From assembly GCF_009914755.1 (NCBI RefSeq), contig NC_060929.1: a stretch of 64,000 nucleotides of DNA, one strand, 5' to 3'. The notes beneath the pieces are model-generated. The model ran no database searches. It saw only the letters and a program-made list of their open reading frames with translations, and was not told the origin of the DNA. The stretch's first letter is position 1. The number at the start of each line of letters is the position of its first letter. The translations under genes were made by a program, and so were the position numbers. Shown piece after piece: positions 55,349 to 64,000 of the stretch. This DNA is from the human T2T-CHM13v2.0 reference genome, Homo sapiens.

Positions 55349-58300
55349 TCTCCAAATTCTTAACACATTCCAGCACTAACTCAAAAGTTCACGTCCAAAG
55401 TCTCATCTGAGACAAACAAGTTCTTTCCACTTATGAGCTAGTAGAATCAAACACAGGTTAGTTCCTTCCAAGAGACAATATGGGTACAGGCATTGGGTAA
55501 ATACACCTGTTCCAAGTGGGAGAAATTGGCCAAAACAAAACGGCTACAGGCCCCAAGCAAGTCTAAAATCCAATAGGGCAGTCATTTAACCTTAAAGTTC
55601 CAAAATGATCTTTGACTCCATGTCTCACATTCAGGGCACGCTGATGCAAGAGGTGGGCTCTCATGGTCTTGGGCAGCTCTGCCTCTGTGGTTTTGCAGGG
55701 TACAGCCCCCCTCACTGCTTTCATAGTTGACATTGACTGTCTGTGGCTTTTCCAGGTGCATGGTGCAAGCTGTTGGTGGATCTACCATTCTGGGGTCTGG
55801 AGGACAGTGGCCTTCTTTTGACAACTCCACTAGGCAGTGCCCCACTGGGGACTCTGTGTGGGGACCCTGACCCCACATTTCCCTTCTGCACTGCCCTAGC
55901 AGAGGTTCTCCGTGAGGGCTCTGCCCCTGCAGCAGACTGCTGACTAGATATCTAGGCATTTCCATACATCCTCTGAATCTAGGTGGAGGTTCCCAAACCT
56001 CAGTTCTTGTCTACTGTGCACCTGCAGGACCCACACAGTGTGGAAACTGCTAAGGCTTTGGGCTGGCATCCTCTGAAGCAGTGGCCTGAGCTATACCTTG
56101 GCTCCTTTTCGCCATGGCTGTAGCAGCTAGGATGCAGGGCACCAAGTCCAGAGGCTGCACACAGCAGGGAGGCCCTGGACCCTAGGCCTGGCCCAGGAAA
56201 CCATTTTTCCCTCCTAGACCTCTGGGCCTGTGATGGGAGGGGCTGCTGCCAAGTTCTCTGAGATGCCCTGGAGACATTTTCCCCATTATCTTGGTGATTA
56301 GCATTTGACTCCTCATTACTTAAGCAAATTTCTACAGCCAGCTTGAATTTCTCCCCAGAAAATGGGTTTTTCTTTTCTTCTGCATTGTCAGGCTGCAAAT
56401 TTTCCAAACTTTTATACTCTATCTTCACTTGAATGCTTTGCTTAGAAATTTCTTCTGCCAGGTACCCTAAATCATCTCTCTCAAGTTCAAAGTTCCACAG
56501 ATCTTTAGGGCAGGGGCAAAAAGCCATCAGTCTTTTTGCTGAAGCAGAGCAAGAATGACCTTTACTCCAGTTCCCAACACATTTCCCACCTCCATCTGAG
56601 GCCACCTTAGCCTGGACTTCATTGTCTGTATTACTATCAGCATTTTGGTCAAGGCCATTCAACAAGTCTCTGGGAAGTTCCAAACATCCCCACATCTTTC
56701 TTCTTCTGAGCCCTCCAAACTGTTGCAATCTCTGCCTGTTACCCAATTGCAAAGTCACTTTCACATTTTCGGGTATCTTTACATAATTGCCCTATTCTCT
56801 GCAGTACCAACGTACTGTGTTAGTCCGTTGTCATGCTGCTATGAAGAAATACCCAAGACTGTGTGATTTATAAACAAAAGAGATTTAATTGACTCACAGT
56901 TCTGCATGGCTGGGGAGGCTTCAGGAAAATTACAATCATGGTGGAAGGCACCTCTTCACTGGGTGGCATGAGAGAGAATGACACAGCGGGGGAAATGCCA
57001 GATGCTTATAAAACCATCAGAACTTGTGAGAACTCATTCAGCATGGGGAAACCGTCCCCATGATTCAATTACCTCCCACTGACACGTGGCGATTATGGGA
57101 ACTACAGTTCAAGATGAGATTTGGAGGGTTGGGGGCACAGCCAAACCATATCATACTCTAAGGAGATAGAAGACCTGGTTTGTAATTCTAATGCTAATAT
57201 TAGCAGTCTCTTTTGTAAGTTACTTAAATGCTCTGATTTGGCTTGAATTCCTTCATAAAGCAGATCCTATGTCAATGGCTTGAGAAATAGTTCCCATGTA
57301 TATAGTGTATATATATATATGTACACTGTTAACTATCATAACCTAATCCAATAAAGCAGAATAAGCGTGATGAATTGGGAAGAGTGAAATGGGAAGGAAG
57401 ACAGCCCATCTAAGGATGCATTTTTAAGAAAACGTCTGGGGGGAGATGGAGGTCAAAGCTTCTCTATACAATGTGCTTCAGAATCATCCATCCATGGGGA
57501 TGTGTGCACCTCTCATGGGGAAGATGGAAATATTTATCTACCAGTTACTATCCTCTTTGATCGAAGGTTGTTCCAGGGTTGTTAATGCTCTCACACTTCT
57601 AGGTTTGCTCATGACTCAGCATAGACCAAACCTCACTGGACAGAGAAGCCTGGGGCAGAAAACAAATGAGAGGCAGTGCAGCTTGAGGGTCATTTTATCA
57701 AGATGTATCTGAGGCACCACTGATTGCCACATAAATGGCTTGAGTAAAGTGACAGGCCAAGGGGATGTAAGATGGGTTATAAAATGTATTTGGCACACTC
57801 CTTTACATTAGCATACACATAGTTTGATTATGTAAGTTATTTGCTCTACATGTGTTGATGTACATTTTCTGTTATTACAACTATGTCAATGAGGAGATTA
57901 AATGAGATGTGTGTGAGAGTGCCCTGAAATATAAATCATATATAGAACTGTTCATTTTATATTAAGTTCTCCAAAGTTGAAAGTTAAACAGTGGTTGAAC
58001 TTTTTTTTTTTAACTCATCAGTCTGTAGTTACTTGTGAAATCAGTGCCTCCTCTTAGTTCACTATATAACTGTACATGGATTTCAGCACAAGAAAATTGC
58101 TTTGAAGACCCAACAGGGCATACAGGACTAAGTTCCAAATTGACATTGATGTGATCATTGAATTGTAAAAGCTCAAATAATTAATCTGTTTAATGCCTAC
58201 TCATTTGGCTACTTACTTTCTTGGATGCTCTACCCCTAATATTCTGAGGTAAAAATTAAATAGAACAGAATAAAAGTTTATCCTAACTAGGTTAAAATGA

Positions 58301-58399
58301 GAGGCAGTGTGGCACTTCCTATTCTTTAGTTTAAATCAATCTGTGTTTTCCAAACTAAAATACAACTTTGAAATGTTTAATCTAATGCGTTGTCTTCCT

Positions 58400-58600
58400 G
58401 CTTTATGCTTGAATTCTCACTTCTTCACTCAGCCACTATGGGATGTTGGTCATATTGTTGAACCTTTCTGGGCTTCAAGTTCCTCATTGCAAAATTGGAA
58501 TATTAATATTTAATCCAATGACTTGTTATGAGGATAACTATAATGTCTTTGGAAGAGTTCTCGAAACTTAAAGACATTCAATAAGGGTTAGCTGCTATTA
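58400..58600 (+). mobile_element. MIR
   Basis: TTCCTCATTGCAAAATTGG...ACATTCAATAAGGGTTAGCTGCTATTATT. Confidence 0.6.
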
Positions 58601-58875
58601 TTACAATTATTATCACCATTTGTTTGACAAAGATCTGCAGCTTTATTTTCTGAGGGTTTAAATGTAGTGGTTATTTCTATTAATTCAATTAAATAATGAG
58701 CTTCTCTAATCTAACATTTTATATAAAACATAAAGGCTCTGAGAGTTGTCTTAATGTCCTGACTGAGAGATATTAAGTATAAAATCTTTTGACCCTTTGA
58801 TAATACTTCTGACATCGTGAAAGCACTTAGCCTTTCTAAAGTTGGTTTTCTAAACAGAAAAATGATATCCCTGCC

Positions 58876-59251
58876 TGTATTAGTTTGTTTCAGCACTGTT
58901 ATAAAGAACTACCTGAGACTGGCTAATTTATAAAGAAAAGAGGCTTGAGTCACAGTTACACATGGCTGGAGAGACCTCAGGAAACTTTCAGTCATTGTGA
59001 AAGGCAAAGGGGAAGCAAGGCATGTCATCTTACATGGTAGCAGGAGAGAGAAAAAGAGAGAGCAAGTGAGGGGGAAATTGCCACACTTTAAAACTATCAG
59101 AGCTTGTGAGAACTCGCTCACTATCATGAGAACAGCATAGGGGAAATCCACCCCTATGATCCAATCATCTCCCACCCGGTCCCTCCCCTGACACGTGGGG
59201 ATTACAGTTCTACTTGAGATTTGGGTGGGGACACAAAGCCAAACCTTATCG
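58876..59251 (-). mobile_element. THE1D/MSTA-type solo LTR
   Basis: TGTATTAGTT...CCAAACCTTATCG; perfect TSD CTGCC (58871-58875 / 59252-59256). Confidence 0.9.
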
Positions 59252-59487
59252 CTGCCCGTAGCTGATTTAGAAATGACTTAAAAAGTCAAATACCTTGAAG
59301 AGGAATAATGATTTTGATAATGCTGTGTATTTATAAAAGTAGTTTTCCCCCCAAAGAGTTTGATGTGCCCTTATTTTTATTCCATTTAAGCCACATGTTC
59401 TCTTTGAAGGAGATTAGGGCACACACAGCATCTATGTAACAGATCTCTGTCTCATAGCCTTATATAAAAGATCGTAAGTGCAGCCCA

Positions 59488-59848
59488 ATGTAATGAAGAG
59501 CTTGATTCATTTTTTTGAAGATTGACTGCTGATAGCTTAAGCCCCACCCCTCCCTCTTTCCCTTCTGCCCCAGTTTTGTGCACATTGATAAGAAAGCCTG
59601 GATACTTCCTCCTTTGGCCCCTGTGGGAAGTTCAAATCACATAAGCCCCTGCCTGGGCACAGGAACCCTCACGCCAGCCTCAGCCCCTAACCACCATAAA
59701 AACCTCATGCCAGTCTCCTTTCCCTGTTCTTGCAAGCCATTTTCAGTTCAGCTTGGGAAGCCAGCCCTGCTTCCCAGAAAGCCTCAGGTAAGTAATAAAG
59801 CTTCTCATAGCCTCATGGTATGTGTCATCAAACTTGGCATTCCAACTA
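59488..59848 (+). mobile_element. MER74-like ERVL LTR
   Basis: TGTAATGAAGAGC start, TGATAAGAAAGCCTGG, CATAAAAACC, AATAAA; family assignment from recall. Confidence 0.5.
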
Positions 59849-59849
59849 A

Positions 59850-62800
59850 ATATATTCTTCCACTCAACAGGCTGTCTCTTTACTCGGTTGATGATTTTCT
59901 TTGCTCTGCAGAAGATTTCAAATTTGTAGTCCCTTTTCTCTATTTTTGTTTTTGTTGCCTGTGCTTTTAAGTCTTAGTCATAAATTCTTTGCCTAGACTG
60001 AAGTTCAAGAGGGTGTTCTCTAGGGTTTTCTCCAGCATATTTATATTTTTGTGTCCTATGTTTAAGTATTTAATCCACCCTGAGTTGATTTTTGTATATA
60101 TTGAAAGATAGAGGTACAGTTTAATTCTTCTGCACGTGGTTATATAACATATTTTCCCAGTACCATTTATTGAAAATGGTGGCCCTTTACAAGGGGTGTT
60201 CCCAATATAAATTTTTATCAGCTTTTTCAAAGATCAGTTGGCTGTAAATATGTGGCTTTATTTATAAGTTCTCTATTCTGTTCCATTGGTCTATGTATCT
60301 GTTTTTATAGCAGTACTATGCTGTTTTGGTTTCTGTAGCCTTATTATATATTTTGAAGTCAGGTAATTTGATGTTTCCAGCTTTATTCCTTTTGCTCAGA
60401 ATTGCTTTGGCTGTTTGCCAGGTTGGTTATTTGCCCATTTTTTTTCTATTTCCTTTAAGAATGATGTTGGCATTTTGATAGCAATTGCAATGAATCTCTA
60501 AGTTGTTTTGGGGAATATGGTCAATTTAATGATATTAATTCTTGTGATCCACGAGCATGAGAATTTTTCCATTTGTTTTTGTCATCTCCAGTTTCTTTCA
60601 CCAGTGTTTTATAATTTTCGTTGTAGAGATCTTTCATCTATTTAGTTAAATTTACTCTTAGGTATTTTACTTTTTTGGTAGCTATTATAAATGGGATTGC
60701 TTTCTTGATTTCTTTCTTGACTGGATCATTATTGGTGTGTATAAATGCTACTGATTTTTGTATGTTGAATTTGTATCTTTCAACTTTATTGAATTCATTT
60801 ATCAAATTTAAGAGGTTTTTTGGTGGAGTCTTTAGGTTTTTCTAGATGTAAAATCATATTATCAGCAAAGAGGGACAATTTGAATTCCTCTTTTCCAATT
60901 AGGATGTCTTTTGTTTCTTGCTATTACCTGATTGCTCTGGCTAAAGTTTTAGTAATGTGTTGAATTAAGAGTGGTGAAAACGTGCATCCTTGTCTGGTTT
61001 CGGTTCTTACAAAAAGGCTTTCAACTTTTCTCCATTCAGTATGATGCTAAATGTGGGTTTGTTGTGTATGGTCTTTATTACCTTGAGGTATGTTCTTTCT
61101 ATGCCCAGTTTGTTGAGAGCTTTTAGTATGAAGGGATGCTGAATTTTATCCAATTCTTTATTTTCATCTATTGAGATGATCATATGGTTTTTGTCTTTTC
61201 TTGTGTTGATGTAGTGCATCACATTTTTAAATTTGGAAATGTTAAACTGTCCTTGCATCTCTGGAAAAAATCCCACTTGATTGTGAGGTGTTGTATTTTT
61301 GATATACTGTTGGATTTAGTTTCCTAATATTTTGTTAAGCACTTTTGATTCTATATTCATCAGGGATATTGGCCTGTGGTTTTCTTTTTTTGTTGTGTCC
61401 TTGCCTGGTTTGGGGATAAGGTAGATGCTGGCCTCATGGAAAAAGTTAGGGAAAATTTCCTCCTCTTCAATTTTTTGGAAAAGTTTTAGGAGGACTAGAA
61501 TTAGTTCTTCGTACTTTTGGTAGAATTGGCCGTGAATTCTTGTGGTCCTGGGCTTTTCTTTGTTGGGAGATTTTATATTACCTATTCAATCTCACATCTG
61601 ATTATTGATCTTTTCCGGCTTCCTATTTCTTCCTGATTCAATTTTGGTAGGTTGTATGTTTTCAGGAATTTATCCATCTCTTCTAGGTTTTTCAGTTTGT
61701 CAATGTACAGTTGTTCATAGTAGTCTCTGATGATCTTTTGTATTCCTGTATCAGTTGCTGTGTCTCTTTTTTCATTTCTGATTTTGTTTATTTGGGTCTA
61801 TTCTTGAATAGTCTAGCTAGTGGTTTATACATTTTGTTTACCTTTTAAAGGACAAATTTTTAATTAATTTCTGCTCTGATCTTTATTATTTATTTCTGCT
61901 AATTTTGGCTTGAGTTGTTCTTCCCTTTCTAGTTTCTTTAAGTGCTTTGTTAGATTATTAATTTGTACTCTCTACTTTTTTTTTGATGTAGGTATTCATT
62001 GTTATAAACTTCCCTTTTAGCATGGCTTTTGTTATCCCACGGGTTTTGGTATGTTGTTTCCATTTTCATTTGTTTCATGAAATGTTTTGATTTGCTCCTT
62101 AATCTTTTTTTTGTTGACCCAATGGTCACTTTAGAGCATGTTGTTTAATTTCTGTGTATTTGTAGTTTTCGAGGCATTGATTTCTTATTGTATTCCCTTG
62201 TGGCCTCAGAAGATACTGGATATAATTAAAATTTAAAAAATTTATTGAGACTTATTTTGTGGCATACTGGATAATCTATCTGGAGAATGTTCCATGTGCT
62301 GATGAAAAGAATGTTATTTTGAAGTTGTTGGATAGAATGTTCTGCAAATATCTTTTAAGTCCATTTCATACATTACGTAGTTTAATTCCAATGCTTCTTT
62401 GTTTATTTTCTGTCTAGATAATCGGTCTAATGTTGAGAGTGTGGTGTTGAAATCCTACTATTATTGTATTGCTGTCTATCTCTCTATTTAGATCTACTAA
62501 TATGTGCTTTACGAATCTGGGTGCTTCAGTGTTGGTGACATACATATTTAGAATTGTTATATCACATCGCTGTATTGATCCCTTTATTGTTATATAATGA
62601 GCTTCTTTGTCTTTTTTTCTACTGTTCTTGACTTAAAGTCGTTTTATGTGATATAAATATATCTACTCTTGCTTGCTTTTGGTTTCCATTTGTAGGGAGT
62701 ATCTTTTTCCATTCCTTACTTTCAGTCTATATGTGTCTTTACTAGTAAGGTGAATTTCTTGTAAGCAGTATATATTTGAATTATGTTTTTTTCAATCAAT

Positions 62801-63790
62801 GTAACCATTCTATATCTTGTCAGTGGATAATTTAATTCAATTATGTTGAAGATTATTGATATGTGAGTCTTTGTTCTTGTCATATTGTTAATTGTTTTTT
62901 GGTTGTTTTATATAGTCTTTGTTCCTTTCTTTTTCTCTTATTGATTGTTGTGGTTTAGACGATTTCTGTAATGGCACCATTTGAGTTCTTTCTATTCCTC
63001 CTTTTGTGACTGCTTTACCAATGAGTTTTATATTTTTATGTGTTTTCATGATGGGAAATGTCATCCTTTACTTTCCAGATATAGGACTTCCTTGAATACT
63101 TCCTTGAATATTTCTTTTAGGGTTGGTCTAGTGAGAATGAATTCCATCGGCATTTGTTTGTCTGGAAAAGACTCTTTTTTTCCTCTTTCATTTATGAAGG
63201 ATAATTTTACTGAATACAATATTCTTGTCTGCCAGTTTATTTCTTTCAGTACTTTGAATATATTATACCGTTCTCTTCCGGCTTACAAGGTTTTTGCTAA
63301 GAAATTCACCGTTAGTTTGATGGGATTTCCTTTATAGGTACTAGAGGCTTTTCTCTTGCTGTTTTAAGAATGCATTCTTTCTCTTTCATTTTAGACAATC
63401 TGACTATAATGTGTCACTCACGTAAAAGACCCTTTGTGTTGTCTCTTCTTGTGAACCACTGAGCCTCCTGTATTTTAATGTCTAATACATTATTAGACTT
63501 GGAACTTTAAATATATTATCATATTAAATAGGTGTTCTAATATTTCCTTTGTTTCTTTGCCCTCAGAGATACTGAGAATTCATATATTTGATCACTTTAT
63601 GTTGTCCCAAATGTCAAGAAGGCGCTGCTCATTCTTTTTTCTTTATTTTTGTCTGATCATGGTTATTTGAAAAGATCTGTTTTCAAAATCTGAGATTCTT
63701 TCTCCTGACTCATCTAGTCTATTGTTGAGACTTTTAAATATATTTTGTATGTCCTTCAATGAATTCTTCAGTTCCAACATTTCTATTTGG
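59850..63790 (-). mobile_element. Old L1 (L1PB/L1MA class), ORF1 end and ORF2
   Basis: Degenerate ORF2 translations ([14 protein letters not shown]...LNGEKLKAF; YTKINSGWIK). Confidence 0.85.
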
Positions 63791-63794
63791 TTCT

Positions 63795-64000
63795 TTTTTT
63801 AAAATTTATTTGTGTTATTATTATAACAAAAGTTATTGGGGTACAAGTGGTATTTGGTTACATGAGTAAGTAATTTAGCGGTGATTTGTGAGATTTGGTG
63901 CCCCTATCACCCTAGCAGTATACACTGCCCTGTATTTGTAGTCTTTTATCCCTCACCCCCTCCCACTATTCTCCTCAAGTCCCCAAAGTCCATTATATCA
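63795..64000 (-). mobile_element. L1PB1-type 3' end, continues beyond the window
   Basis: GTTATTGGGGTACAAGTGGTATTTGGTTACATGAGTAAG...GGTGATTTGTGAGATTTGGTG. Confidence 0.8.

Noticed and set aside
56000-56764. 254-aa ORF as a new gene
   Set aside because: Lies in THE1 internal sequence and is a remnant of the MaLR internal ORF; similar sequence occurs in the MST internal region at ~36.3 kb.
57304-57328. Near-palindrome AGTGTA(TA)nTGTACACT
   Set aside because: Mostly a self-complementary (TA)n run; low information.

Overview
Human genomic DNA: it carries Alus and a full-length L1 with the human-specific pre-Ta (ACG/G) diagnostics. The window is gene-poor and dominated by retrotransposons, and no intact cellular protein-coding gene is recognisable. 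Main contents: (1) a 5'-truncated TUBA1C-type alpha-tubulin retrocopy (17.25-17.93 kb, minus) with a perfect 33-bp triplication across its 5' junction; (2) a full-length MRPL10 retrocopy (44.7-46.75 kb, plus) with TSDs, which retains a 95-nt intron-end segment (branch point, pyrimidine tract, AG) at an apparent exon junction, so it may preserve a minor, frameshifting splice isoform; (3) a full-length, ORF-disabled L1HS pre-Ta with intact ORF0 inserted in a two-LTR THE1 element; (4) a multi-level nest of L1/MST/Alu insertions at 31.4-42.1 kb; (5) a ~0.5-kb L1 made only of its 5' and 3' termini; plus solo LTRs, MIR/L2 relics and small local duplications. I found no convincing novel biological system; the findings are mostly retrotransposition and splicing fossils. 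Repeat subfamily names come from recalled consensus sequences and need RepeatMasker/Dfam confirmation, and boundaries of old repeats are approximate.
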